NCBI GenBank assembly: GCA_013239625.1
Contig: MU054187.1
Coordinates: 4,785,757 to 4,849,756, forward strand
DNA length: 64,000 bases
DNA from: Lama guanicoe
Taxonomy: Eukaryota
Direction of reading: 5' to 3'
The notes under the pieces: model-generated
Seen by the model: only the letters and a program-made list of their open reading frames with translations
The model's database searches: none
Told to the model about the DNA's origin: nothing
Made by a program: the position numbers and the translations under genes
In this document: positions 11,781-25,483 of the stretch, piece by piece
Numbering within the stretch: the first letter of the stretch is position 1
Layout of the letters: each line of letters starts with the position of its first letter

Positions 11781-13391
11781 ATACTTACAGGATGCACCAG
11801 TCCTATTACTTACACACACGCGCGTGTGCGCACACTTACACCCTCACACATTCACGCACACCCTTCTCTCTATTCTACCAGCAAAAGAACATTTGGAAGT
11901 AAAACTCTCCAAAGCCTAAAGAACCATAAAGTTTTCCTGAAACACTGCGACCTGGCAAGTAACCAAAAATCACAAAGGTTGTGTCTTCTTGACTGTGCTG
12001 AACCCAGGACGCTTCAGATGATACTGGAAAGACTAGCCTGTGTCTAGGCACCCCTAGAGGTTAAGCTCTTTTAGGCGAGACCCCTTATACAAAGTATTGC
12101 AAGCAGGCGGAAGGATCTGGGGCTTTGTTTCTAGGTTTATTGAAATTTTACTAAAATGTACATTTTTATAATGGAAACCATAGTTTTCCAACGGAAAAGG
12201 TACCTACTCTTTTTAAGACATGGGACTTTCTAGAATAAAGCCACGGTGTAGAAGGATACTACAGAAATAATGAGAACACAGGTGTGGACCGGAATGATCA
12301 ATAATGGTGTTCCCTCCCCAAAGTAATGGATGACCGTAACTGCTTCCATCTATGCCAGTTACAACAACATGAAGTCAAGCACAGCCTCTGAAACGTTCTC
12401 CTTAAAATTAACAGACTCGTGGACGGCAGTCCTAGAAAGCCACCCAATCTGCTATCACCCAGCTTGCGGAAACAATTTTCAATATGCATTAAAAAGTTCC
12501 ATGAACAAGACGGTCGACTGAGCCAAAACCCACAGGGAGGCTCCCTGTTCCCAGCCATTCATTCACCGCTTGAGACTCAATGCTTTGGGTCAAGTCCTGA
12601 GGTAAATAAATCTTTGTTTCCCACAGCTTTTCTTATGTTAACTTGATCATAGAGTGATTTTTTTTTAACAACTCCAGGAGCTGGGGCTCTGCAGCACTGA
12701 CCTCCTGCCCCCTTCATTTTCAAGGTGAAGAGGGTGACACCCACGGCAAAGAGAAAAGTGGTAAAGATCTCGACTCCGTTCCCGTTCACAACTTTTAAAA
12801 GATCTGTAAACGAATTAAGTGCAGTTGACCCTTGAACAACCCGGGTCTGCACTGTGCAGGCCCTCCTGTGTGTGGACTACTTTCAATAAATATATTGGAA
12901 AACTCTGGAGATTTGGGACAATTTGAAAAAAAGATGCACAGCATAGCCCAGAAATATTGAAAAAATTAAGAAAAAGGTATGTGGTGAATGCATAAATATA
13001 TGTAGATACTAGTCTATCTTACCCCTCAGAACCATAAAATAAACACAAACCTATTATAAAAAGTTAAAACTTAACAAAGCTTACGCCCTCGCTCACACAC
13101 CGCACACGGCGCTGATCGGAGTCAAGAGAAACGTAAATCAAGACGCAGGAGTAAGTAGCCGCGGAGCTCCACTGGCGCACACGCGGGGCCACTGCCACCA
13201 TCTCACAGCCCCGTCCTGGGCGACGGCGCTGAGGTCAAGGGTCATAACTGTTCAAAAGCCCGCGTGAAGCCACTCGCCTCCGCGTGAGCAGCGGTCTCCA
13301 TGGTAAACTGCATATGGCAGTAAAAAGTCACCCCTCCCGCTTCTCGTGTATTTTTCATCACTTTTAGTGCAATTCTGTAAACCCTAACATC

Positions 13392-15189
13392 AAGGGACCC
13401 ACAAGAAGGGCCACTAGTGACGGATGACGTGATTCCAAGGAGCAGAGAGAAGTCACGACATGACGAGAAAAATCTGAATTCCTTGATATGTGCCACAGCC
13501 TGAGATCTGCGGCCGCGGCTGCTGCCACTTCAGGATAAAGGAATCCAGCGTAAGGATCATTGTGAAAAAAAAACGAGGAAATTCATGAAGCCGTTGCTGC
13601 CGCGACCCAGCAGGTGTGAGCACCTGGCACTTTTTGTGAAATACCTTTTCACCTCACATTGAAAATGCAGCTCTTATGTGGGTGCAGGATGGCTGTAAGA
13701 AAGGCGTGCCTGTAGACGAAGATGATCTGAGAAAGAGCGAAGTCATCAGATGACAACGCAAAAAGGAAGGTGAGGATCTAAAGCTGGAGAGTGTCATGCC
13801 AGCAAAGGATGGTGTGATAATTTTAGAAAGAGGTTCGGCTTTAAAAATGTCACGCGAACGGGAGAAGCAGCAGGTGAGTCTCCAGATGCCGTAAAGACAA
13901 TCACCGAGGAGACAGGAGATCTGCCTGAACCGGTTTTAATGCAGACTGAAGTGCCCCCTCTGGTGGAAAAAAATGTCAAAAAGGACATTTACTAGTAAGG
14001 AACACAAGTGAGCACCAGCACTGAAGGCAGGAAGGGACAGCCTAACTCTACCGCTTTGTACAATGCAGCTGGGTCTCTGATCAGGACCGCCGTCACCTAC
14101 AAAGCTGCTACCCACCAGCCCTGGAGGGAAAAGAGAGCCCTGGCTGCTGGCCTTTGGTTGCACAAGGAGGGCTGAACAGCGAGAACCCTTTTTCTGAATT
14201 GGTTCCATTGATGCTCTGTCCCTGAAGTCAGGAAGTATCTTGCCACTAAGAGACTGCCTTTTAAAGTTCCTTTGATATCCGATAATGCCCCTGGCCACAC
14301 GGAGCCCCATGAGTCCAGTACCGAAGGCATCAGAGTGGTCTGCTGGTCCCCAGACACAGCATCTCTAATTCAGCCTCTAGATCGGGGGTCATAAGGACCC
14401 TTAAGGCTCATTACATGTGGTGCTCAATGGAGAGGATTGTCAACACTGTGGAAGAGAAAATCATGAAAGTCTGGAAAGATTACACCATTGAAGGTGCCGC
14501 GGTGGTTACAGAAAAAGCTGTGAAAGCCGTCAAGCTCAAAAACAACGCGTTCCTGCAGGAGAAAACCGCGTCCAGACGCTGTACGTGACGCCACAGGATT
14601 TAGACCAGAGCCAACCTAAGACATGATCAAAGAGATCACTGGAGATGGGAAAAAAAAAAAAAAAAGAAAAGAAAAAAGAAAAAAAGGTGGTGGTGGTGGG
14701 GAAAGGCTGCAAGGTATGGATCTTGGGGAAATTCAAGAGCTAACAGACTACACACCGGAGGCACGAACAGAAGACAGCTGGGTGCAGATGAGCGCTTCCC
14801 GCCCCCTGTCGGATGAAGGATGCGGAAGACATGGAAGCAGCAGGGCCAAGAGACAAGCTGACACCAGACAACCTGGCAGGAGGGCCCCCATTAGTCAGGA
14901 CTGCTTGTGACCTCCTTTCCGACACGGACCCTCCTATGACACGGGCCTGAAGTGGAAGCAGGCAGTGGAAAGAGGGATACCATACAGCAACATTCTCAGA
15001 GACACAAAGAAGCAAATGAGTCAGAATGACGATTATCTTTCGGTAAAGTGACGTGGACCGTGCCTGCCCCTCCCCTCCCTCCTCTGCCTCCACTCCCCAC
15101 CCCATTAGGCCAGACCCCCACCCGCTCAACACAAAGACCACGAGGATGAAGACCCTCATGACAACCCACTTCCACTGAACGAGCAGTAA
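13392..15189 (+). pseudogene. Disrupted Tigger2 (pogo-like, CENP-B-related) DDD transposase
   Basis: Recognisable remnants ASKGWCDNFRKRFGFKNV, VLMQ/NAD (first Asp region, ~13938), LISDNAPGH (~14270-14300), IQPLDRGVIR (~14370), QGMDLGEIQELTD (ORF 14623..14910) and C-terminal PLPLNE; start ATG mutated to AAG; many frameshifts and stops. Confidence 0.9.
14650..14700 (+). repeat. A-rich tract plus (GGT)n expanded inside the transposase
   Basis: A16 followed by GAAAA-type units and ggtggtggtggtggg where the consensus has a short KKVGG. Confidence 0.85.
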
Positions 15190-16662
15190 ACATCACGCTG
15201 TGCAGTCAGTGACCCTGCTGTTGTGTCTATGTGAAAATCTAAGGACTGCTCGGCGAGGACTGGACGAGACATTCTGTGTCGGCACCATCACTGCCTAAAG
15301 TCACCGCGCAGACGCCGTGCGGGAGACTCGTACTGACGTGGACAGGCTTTCATCACACAGGTGTAAGGTGAGCGACATTTAATACACAATTAATAAGGGG
15401 TTAGCAAAACTATAAAACAGCAAGAAAACTTTCAAAGAATGACACTTCTGTGCAGCATGCCCTGCTCCCTCGTACCGGGAGGAGCTACGTGTCAGCCTAT
15501 CAACACAGGTTATTAAAAAAAAAAGTCACCATGTTTCCAAGACTGTACTATGAATCTGATCTGAGGCTGCTGGCCATAACAACGTGTTAATGATTCACCC
15601 ACGGCGTCCGGGCTGGGCTGCCGGGAAGCGATCGTATGGATCATATGAGGCTTCGACAAAGCGATCCTACCACTGCTTCTTGTTGATGCATGAATAGTTA
15701 CACTTGTAAAGAAATATGAGTTTCTTCTCCACATGACCTTCTCGTTCTTGTCTAGTGTTGGTGATCTGTCTGACACCCGCCGTGCTCTGTCACCTGAGGC
15801 AATACTGACGTGGGTCCCGACAGACACGATTCATCTTGTAAATAGATGACGTCACTTTATGGCGTGGCTGAATGCAAGACAGCAGCGCAAACGCATCTTC
15901 TCTTCCTTATGATTTTTTAAATGACATTTCCTTTTCTCTAGCTTATTTGACTGGAAGACTATAGTATATACTACATATAACACACAAAATGTGTTAATCA
16001 GCCATTTATGTTGTCGGTCAGGACACAGGAGGCTATGAGTAGTTAAGTTTGGGGCGAGTCAAAAGTTACACCTGAATTTTCAACTGTTGGTGGGGGTGGT
16101 CAGTGCCTCACACCCCTGCTTTGTTCAAGGGTCAACTGTATATGACAGGAAAAAACATGCTTTCATTTATCTGTGTGCTGCCAATAAAGCATGGTACTGG
16201 ATGCATAACTCCATGCTGGATAAAAGGTCATGACCCCAAGCACTGTAATTACACAAGGCTGTGCATCTCGAGTTGTTGCCTCGTGGTCCTCAGGCGTCAA
16301 CCTGAGCTCTGCATCCGTGCTGCTCCGCCGTCTAACGGCCGGGAGGCTGCAGAAGGACCTGCAGTCCCGTCGTCTCAACCCTCAGACACGGTCAGGACCC
16401 CCAAGGATGAAGCCACAGCCTGCAAGTCCCACACACTCAGCAAACACGAAGGGTTTCATTAGGGACCACATCTCTTACAAGATACATTTCTCAATGCCTA
16501 AGTTTTAAAACCATTTAAACTTCTATTCCAGTAGCCTTCATTTGAAGATTTCTACAAATTTCATCATGCTATAAAAAAAAAAAGTGTGTGCGTATATGTA
16601 TGTATTTATTCATTTAAATGTTCATTCAGGTTAGAAAAAAATATTTACTTAGGTGCACTTAC

Positions 16663-16699
16663 CTGACTGAAAATGAGTGAAATCCCTCCGGGTACTGCC
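16663..16699 (-). CDS. NSMAF: NSMAF exon 5 (AVPGGISLIFSQ)
   Basis: Acceptor gcatttcag, donor CAG|GTAAGT, 37 nt, restores phase 0. Confidence 0.94.
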
Positions 16700-16720
16700 C
16701 TGAAATGCAGACAAGAGTCA

Positions 16721-16921
<201 letters not shown>

Positions 16922-16924
16922 TTA

Positions 16925-17107
<183 letters not shown>

Positions 17108-18399
17108 TCAAGCATCAAACGACAGAAAATCAACAAGGTTTTAATTAAAGAGCAGGATATGAAAAGCTGGAAAATAAAGCAAAATAATCTTCAGCTCCAC
17201 GTCCTCAGAGGTTGAAGACTCTGCACGCACTGTGACACGGTTCCACGGAGAGAGCGCGGACCTGGACATCCTACTTCCTGTGGTCCCCACAGCTGCTGAG
17301 ACAGGAACAGCTTTCTCATCGTTCAGAAACACTGATTCCATCCTGTCCCCGCAGAATTCTTTTTGACTTCTAATTTCCTACATCTTAAAGATCTATCCAG
17401 AAGGCAATACTGAATATCTAATATTGATTACATAAGGAATTTTTTTTCTTATTTATAATCATGGAAAAACAACAGAGTTTGAATTTAGCCCATAAAATGT
17501 TTTGAACGGTAACTCTGGGGTACGTAGGAATTCAGGAAAAAACTGGTCCTGTGACAAGGTGACAAGGAGCAATTTTAACTACCACCTGCCTCCTACTGTA
17601 ATATCAAGCAAATCAGTTATCCATGTCACCATTTTCCTCCTTTCTTGGGACATTCATCTGGCTCCAGTAAATTCTGGTGAAGAAACCTGCCTGGGCACGT
17701 TCAAGGCTGACGTGCGCCACTTGCCGGAAGCTAATAAAAATCTACGCATTTTGTTGTCTTTTATCGACTGGATGACTTTTATGAATGACCAAACCAAGGC
17801 AATCATGTAATCATGTAATTAAAGATTACCATGTAACCAGAACACAGGTTAAGAAATGCTGGAACATTACCTTATTTAAAAAAAAATCACCTGAAGATTA
17901 GTTTCCAAGAGTACCTTCTGTCTACAAGCACAACTCCAAGGATCTTACGTTTTCTACAATCACTTGGGTGACATTTGAGCTTTTCCTCTAGTCATTTCCC
18001 GGTGGCCTCGGGAACCGTCCTTTCCCTGCCCATCCCGGAGTTCTCTTAACTGAAGCAGTTACTTTATTTATCCTCTAGAAACACCTACCTGCTCTCCCTG
18101 CTTTTGTGTGCCCTCCCCCAGTCAAATCTTCTTCTCCCAAAGAAATCGCACGTCCCTCCTTGCTCACAAATACGCCAAGGGCTTCCTAGACCGCAGGATG
18201 AAGTCCCTGCACGATGTGAGAGAGGCTCCCTCGGTACACACGTCTACACGCGCTGAACACACGAGAGGGCTCGCGGTGCCCAAGGTCATGATTTAGTCTG
18301 AAGCTCCTCCTCCTCAAAGGATCTTTCAAATTGTTGATTTGAGGTCATTTTTTCCCATGCTGTTCACCGCACCTACTTTTCTAACACCCCAAATGACCT

Positions 18400-18950
18400 C
18401 ATAATAATGTAAGAAAAGTACTTTTATGGAAACTGCTAAACAAATACAAACAGAACAGAAAACCCCCAAGTATCAATCACCTCATCTCTGCAGTTACTAG
18501 CATGTGGTCATCCTTGTTTTGTGCGTTACATGCCAGAACCCTGCCGGGTTCCAGAGGAAGTCCCAGACATCCTACACTTCATCTATACACACTCTGACAT
18601 GAATCTCTATAAAGATAAACACTTTTAATAGATGACCTGTCATTATCACACCCCCCAAAAATGAGTAATTCCTTAGTGTCATCAGTAAATAGCCAGGGTT
18701 CAAATTTTTCCATTTCGTAAGTGTTTTTATAGTGTGTTTTTCAAATCAAAGCCCAAAGTCCATATTATATTTAGTTGATATGTCTCACATCTCTTCACCT
18801 AAAAATTTTCATTTTCGCACATTATGAACTTTGCAAAATGCATCTCTGTGGTTTTCCTCTGTCCCATCTCCTTCAGTAAGATGAAAAGACCTGACCAGAC
18901 CCTGGTTTGATTTTTTGATAAGAACACTTCAGAGGCAGCGCCCATGTACT
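18400..18950 (-). mobile_element. Old L1 (L1MC-like) 3' fragment
   Basis: Degenerate L1MC-type 3'UTR motifs (tcccagacatc..., cattatcacacc...gtaattccttagtgtcatc). Confidence 0.45.
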
Positions 18951-19325
18951 TCTAGTTCAAACCAAATTATTCATTAGAAAGTGCTGATTTTTATACCACG
19001 CTGGTGTTTTATGATCATCCCTTTATAAAACCATAAGCCAAATAATTGAGAGTTAAGTACAAAAGGGATGCAAGAAAAAAGGCATGGAATGAATCAGAGC
19101 CCTATCCTGCTGATTTAAGACACCGACACTTACAACCTTATACACATCAGTACACATGCAGCTTTGAAAAACATCTGAAGTTATGACAGCAACGTAAAAA
19201 TCCCTTTCTTCTCATGACTTTCCCAATATAAAAGGGGGGAAGTCTATACGATCATACCTCTGAGTTTTAAAATGTCAGACAACGGAAGAGTCATTAAGTC
19301 CACAGAAATACAAAAATCTTCCTTA

Positions 19326-19520
<195 letters not shown>

Positions 19521-21217
19521 TCAACAAGTATTTATTACGTGTGTGTTACATGCCAGGCACTCCTCTCTGTCCACAGACCTGCCCTGCTCTGCCGAAAATA
19601 AATCAATAGAACTGTTTACCAAGTGGATTGATTATTCCTCTACAGAAACTCCGAGTTTCACGAACTAAAACTTACTCTTGCCTGAACAAAGCTCGACGCT
19701 TCCTACTTAGGGAATTTCCATCCTTCGTTTCCCCTGATGACACACGAGGCTTCCCCACAGCCCCTTTCCCGCCACGCAGCCCACTCCAGCGCCCTGCCCC
19801 GTGCTGGGTGAGCTCGCGCTGCCGCTCTCACCAGACCCCATGCCTCTGAGAGGCAGGTCCTTAGACATTCCCCTGTCATAATCGCTCTAATGCTTTGTAT
19901 GTAGTGGGTGTTTACTACATAAAATAAGTAAGCTGAACCGAATGGGACTGCAAAATAGTTCTTCTTAAGGTTTTAAGTGCTTTCAACTTTTGAAAACAAA
20001 ATAAAGTGAGAGAAAACATATTAACTTGGCTGTGTGGCCACAGAAACAAACACACGGCAAAGAACTGAAAACGAGTGTCGTGTGTGTTTCATGATTAGGG
20101 TCAGGAAACGATGGCACCTGGAGGGGCGACGGGGAAAAGTTATCATGAGAAGAGTGGCCTTGGAGGTGGGTCTTGAAGCAGCAGAGGAAGACGTCCCGAT
20201 GAAACATGGCAGAACAAACATATGCTTATTTCTGCTCCCCCGGAAACAACACTAAAACACCAACAAAATTTTTTTAAAATAGCAAAACCAACAGACTAAA
20301 GAAAACCAGAGAGATGTAAAAGCAGGTGAGAGAGACGGATAAACGTGCGAGAAAGGGAGAGCAGACGGGAGGAGTTGGCAGTGCCCAGAAACCAGGACAG
20401 CAGACGCCTCCAGGGTAGGTACCAGTCAGGAGAAAGCCAGCACGAGTCACAGGACTTCCAGAAAGTTCCACAACTGCAGGCATCAGGTACCAAGGGGGCG
20501 GGGGGGAGGCCTGGGGGGGTGGTTGAAAGTCCAAACGAGGACAGACGTCTGGGTTCCTCCCCATGGTTCTCCCTATGCCTGGCTTTTCAACACAAAAATG
20601 AAACACGAGGCTCCAAACTAGACAAGCCCAGTGGAGAGCAGGGCCGTGGCATGAAAAGAAAATGATGAAGCAAAAAGTAGGAAGACATATAACACACTGA
20701 GCAGCAGTGTGATGGGTTACTTTTGGGGAAAAAAAAACTGAACAGCCCTGGAGAAAAGGCCTGGGATACTAGCGTTTGAAAGAACTTCCTGCAACATCGT
20801 CCCAAGGTGAAGCCTGACAGAAAAGGTGACACAGAATTACACGCTTCACGCTTAAACATGAACAGACAACCCAAGGTCCCCAGCCTCTAACACGAAGGAA
20901 CTGGAGCAAACAAGCAGAAAAACTCAACTCGGAGGACTGGTGACAGTGCATGGAACAGAAGAAAAGGTCAAAAGACTATAAATAACATCCTTACAAAGAA
21001 GACAGTATATCCATGAAATAAGACATAACTCACTTAAAAAAAAACCGAACAAAGAAAAATAACTCATAAGTTAAAAATGACAGCGGGAACCAGCTTTACC
21101 ATCCTATTAGATAACTTTTATTGGCCTGTTCCACCTTTTAAAGTCCATGAACAACAATTAATCATAGGCTGAACTGCCAGAGCTCAATGCAAAATGCTCA
21201 CTAGTAATACTTACCCT

Positions 21218-21318
21218 GGGGGAGGGTAACAGCTCATGGCAGCACGTGTGCTTGGCACGCACAAGGTCCAGGGTCAGCCCCCAATGCCCCCATTTAAAAA
21301 ACAAAACAAAACAAAAAA
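21218..21318 (+). mobile_element. Vic-1-like camelid SINE (diverged)
   Basis: gggggagggtaacagctcatggcagcacgtgtgcttggcacgcacaaggtccagggtc... followed by an (aaaac)n tail. Confidence 0.75.
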
Positions 21319-21644
21319 CACTTCTCTGAATTTCAATACAATTACAAGAGTTAGGATTGCTAGGAACACTCCTCGGATGCATCAAATAATTTCCAAGACG
21401 GTGTAGCCCGGAGAGATACTAAGTACTTTGCCCCTTACTTTCAGCTTGTATCTTAAGGAGCTGAACACCTTTGCTTGGACTGGAGCTATGCAGCCCATCT
21501 TCCTCCTTGGTCTCCCCACCCCTCCTCTTAGAGAGAGGGTAAAAATAAGTGTTCGTCAATAAGGCAATGACACAATTTTATTACTATAAAGTACAAGGAG
21601 TCTCCACAGACAATCAGCTTTTCAAATAATTATTAAAAATAATC

Positions 21645-22030
21645 CTATCTCTAATACTATTAAAATGGCCATACCACCCAAAGTGATCTACAGATTCATG
21701 CAATCCCTATCAAAATCTCAGTGGCATTTATTGTAGAAACAGGAAAAAAGAATCCTAAAATTCATACGGAATCAAATAGCCGAAACAATCGAGAAAGAAA
21801 AACAAAGCTGGAGACCCCACAGTTCCTTATTTCAAGAGACTACAAAGCTACCAGTAATTAAAACAGGGTGGTACCAGCACAGAGACAGACATGCAGACCG
21901 GAGAACAGAATGGAGATATCAGAAATAAACTCTCATATCCACAGTCAGATGATCTTCTACAAGAGTTCCAAAGACACACAACGGGGAAAGGATAGTCTAT
22001 TCAACAAATGGTGCTGGAAAATTTGGATGC
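21645..22030 (+). mobile_element. L1 ORF2 fragment
   Basis: ORF 21868..22137 contains L1 ORF2-like NRMEISEINSHIHSQMIFYK...GKDSLFNKWCWKIW. Confidence 0.88.
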
Positions 22031-22039
22031 TCAAGGAGG

Positions 22040-22400
22040 AAATTAAGAAATTGTTGACGAGACCAGAGCAAGAACATAGTCCTGTGACCCACTGTTGGAA
22101 GCGCGCCCCTTATAATACATTTGACAGTGACCTCTGAATAGTCACTCAAAAATATCTTATTCTACCCACCTATACCAACATCGATTTCTCCTTCCTCAAC
22201 TCTGCTCTCAAGATATCACAAAAGTGAACCGATTCTCTGCCAAAGTTCAGTTGAACTAAACCTACTGCACCTTCCTGACCAACCAGTGAGAACTCTGTCG
22301 GGAGAGATTAAATTCGCGTGAGATGACTTCATGGTGAATTCGCGCCGGAGACTGGTGACAACCTCCTCGCCCTGTGGGTTATGTATCATCTGGCTGATCT
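22040..22400 (-). mobile_element. L3/CR1 LINE reverse transcriptase fragment
   Basis: cctactgcaccttcctgaccaaccagtgagaactctgtc...atgacttcatggtgaattcgcgccggagactggtgacaacc parallels the antisense CR1/L3 RT consensus as I recall it. Confidence 0.55.
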
Positions 22401-23349
22401 AGAAACCCAGCTCCCCGGGAGCGGCTTGCTGCGGGCTGGGGCCCAGCACAGAAGGCGGCTTCCCACCAAGTTACGTGGAAACCTGCTCTGGTCTCGCGTT
22501 AAAGGCCAACAGTCCTTCAACGAGGACTGGACCCCAGTGCCTTAACCATGCCGGAGAAGGTGCTGGCCGGTCCCTCCCAGGACACACACACAACCAGCCC
22601 TGCCCCTATCCCGCCCCATCGCTCAAAGGCAAGGCTCAGACGGGCCCCAGGAAAACCAGGGGAGGGGCCGGGCCAACTCACAGGCACAGACGCGGCGGCG
22701 CTCACAGCCTAGCTGCGTGGTCCCCGCGCCATCAGCCCGGGGGAGGCAGCTTCTCCTGGGGATGAAGCCCCATTCTCAAAACACTGAGAGAATCACACAT
22801 TCAGCAAAACTGTTTTTCAAAACCAAGGCAACTAAGGGACACGCTCAGACCGACAGAAACATAGCTTACTGTCATCAGATCCTCATCAGGGGAGCTTCCA
22901 AAAGCTTCAAGAAAGAGAAAATCATTCCACAGGGAAGATACTATACGCAGGAAGGAACGCTGCACTAAGACAGTAAATACGCATGTGACGCTATACAAGC
23001 GTTCACCAGCCAACGATCACGTCTAATCTGCAGGTTTAAAATACAGACTGAAAATACTGGACAATAACATACTATAATTTAGGATTTTTTCCATAGGTCT
23101 GCTAATTTTAAGCACATTTATAACTAGCAGCTGCACCTCAGAGCAGTTGTTGATGTGACCTGACAGGAAAAACCAGCACTGAACACTCCGGTTTGCAGGC
23201 CGTCACCACTCATCACTGACAGAACCCTTTAACTCCCTGTAAACAGGTGTTTCTGGAGTCGCCTATAGATGTGTCACTGAGAGCTTCGCTTTTGGCTCTG
23301 TGTTTGCGCGGATAACTGAAGTGCTCCCAGGTCCTATGTTGTTGGGAAG

Positions 23350-24290
23350 GAGGGTAAAGAGAACGATTAGCTTCAGACCTTAAGTTAAATATAAATGTTT
23401 AAATTTCAAGGGCAAGCCCTGGAAAAACAGAAACAGAATACATAACTTCCAAACCCTTCAGGAAAAATTAAAGGGAACAAGGGAAACTTAGTTAATCCAA
23501 ACAAAGGAAAAATAAGACTAAAGAACAAATGAAAAAGTAAAAGTGATTCCAAACATATCTGAAATATTAATAAATGTAAATGGACAAATTTGTTATGACA
23601 GGAAATTCCAGAACAAATTATTATAAATAGCTTATAATTGGACTTTGTAAGAAATATGCCTAAAATCTGAGGACAGAATAGTTGGATGTAAAAGAATAAA
23701 ACATTTTACATAATTAATGCAAACCAAAGAAAACCAAATAGTTGTATTAATATCAGACAAAATAGAAAGAAATTGCTAGAAGATCATCATACGTTGCTAG
23801 AAGATTCAATTCACTAAGAAGACATCAACTCTAAGCTTAAACAGACTTAATAACATACCTTGGAAATATTTATAATGGAGATTGGTAGAAATACAAGATG
23901 AAGTTAGCATTATGAAGCATCTCTCAGTAACTGAGAAGTCAACCAGAAAAAATTCAAATAAAAGATCTAAATACAATTAACAAGCTTGATATAATAGAGA
24001 TATATATTTTGGTATAACCAAATTTATAACTCCATATTTTGGTACAACTAAAATGAACATTCTTCAAACTCACATTAAACATTTGTGAAAATGACTACAT
24101 ACTAAGTTGTAATACAAAATCTCAAAGCGTTAGTATTATCCAGACCTTATTCACTGAACGCAAGTTAAAAAATTTAAAAACCAAAAGATAATTTTCAAAA
24201 TCTATCAGCTGGAGATGTTAAATATCTGGTGGGCAAAAGATGAAATCATAACGGCATTGAGGAAAAACCAAGCAATGAATTCATTAAACG
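23350..24290 (+). mobile_element. Very old L1 fragment (inter-ORF region and ORF2 endonuclease start)
   Basis: A-rich; atattaataaatgtaaatggac corresponds to the ORF2 LNVNG motif; ttaatatcagacaaaataga corresponds to ISDK. Confidence 0.65.
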
Positions 24291-25483
24291 GCCATTCCTA
24301 TTTTACGTCACATTTAGAAAAACCATCTAGCAAACACACCCAAAGTCCATGTAGGGGTAGATTCTTGGGTCTTCTTAAATGGTAGCTGTTTTGAAAGAAG
24401 TTAAATTTGAGACAGCAATAAGAATAAAATTATAGGCTAGTGGTGTATTTTGGGTAAAGCCAGTGTAAATTCTCAGTTAATCAAAATACTTGCAACGTTT
24501 ATTTCCTCTCCCATTGTTCTATGTTGTTGTTGTTGTGTAAGAATAATAACCCTACTTGTGTAGATTTCTCTGAATCCATCAGCTTTCCTGACTGAGTGCT
24601 GGTTCTGCAGTGTATTTTCGACCCCTGGCATATCCCACAGAGATGGTAAAAGCATAGGATGATCAGTCTTAAAAATGAAAGATCAAGCCAGAGCATAACA
24701 CATCAATCTGCCCCCTCAGCAATTATTTTTAGTAGAACAAATATAGAACCGATAGACAAAATAAACATACGAAGTAGAAGAGATTTAGTATCAGCCAAGA
24801 CATGTTAACATCAACATAAAACAAGAGAATTATACACACATGGAATGTTGGAAGCAAAGCTGACGTCTAAGAAAAGCCTCTAAAACCATTAATGTAACAT
24901 GTGAGCCCAGTACACAATTCATCATCACAATGTGTTATCCTGGGATGACAGCTTACAAGCCACAGCTAAATAATTTGTTCCATGACACTGTGGGGAGAAA
25001 CCTGGACTCTCTCCCGGGAGGGACGGGCCTCGGCTGTCTAAATCTCTATCACCCAAGAGGACAGTAGCTGAAGTCCCGCCACAGCACTTCCAGCTGTGAA
25101 GATAAAACGTGTTTAACAATTAGCTTACTCCTACATCTCAGAACAGAAACACCTCGAACAGCAGCAGTCTGTAGAACCCTCCCCCCTCCCCGCCCCCGGC
25201 TAAACCACAGTACACACTTGCCAATCCCAGCAATTTCAGAGGAAGGTATGTTTTAAATTTGTTTGCACTTATCTTCACTATAACACCTGCAGAGGACGTT
25301 TTAGAACACCATTAAGATCAATATGGCTTCTTCCATCTAAATCCTATCCAGGATACTGGTGTACTTAGTTTGAATGGCCAAGTATCTCTGTGTTTTCTAA
25401 TACTGAAAATCACCAAAGCATTTCTTTATAGCATCACCAATAAATGGCATCACTTAGAGCTGTTCAAACCAGAACCCTGAGAG

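Larger units (their letters stand above)
12822..16138 (+). mobile_element. Apparently full-length Tigger2-family (Tigger2f-like) TcMar-pogo DNA transposon in NSMAF intron 5
   Basis: Perfect 18-bp TIRs CAGTTGACCCTTGAACAA (12822-12839) and TTGTTCAAGGGTCAACTG (16121-16138); TA on the right, TG (mutated TA TSD) on the left; 3317 bp. Confidence 0.93.

Noticed and set aside
11238..12047. Longest ORF in the track (269 aa, plus strand) as a nested antisense gene
   Set aside because: GTG start, Pro/Ala/Arg/Ser-rich low-information sequence, lies on a GC-shifted L2 relic and runs through a CA-rich repeat; no recognisable domain.
13392..15189. Domesticated TIGD-like gene
   Set aside because: Start codon lost, many frameshifts and stops, a microsatellite expansion inside, and TIRs still present, so it is a neutral fossil.
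19242..19265. Faint resemblance to the 5S rRNA 5' end (gtctatacgatcatacctctga)
   Set aside because: About 20 nt with gaps and no continuation into the internal control region.
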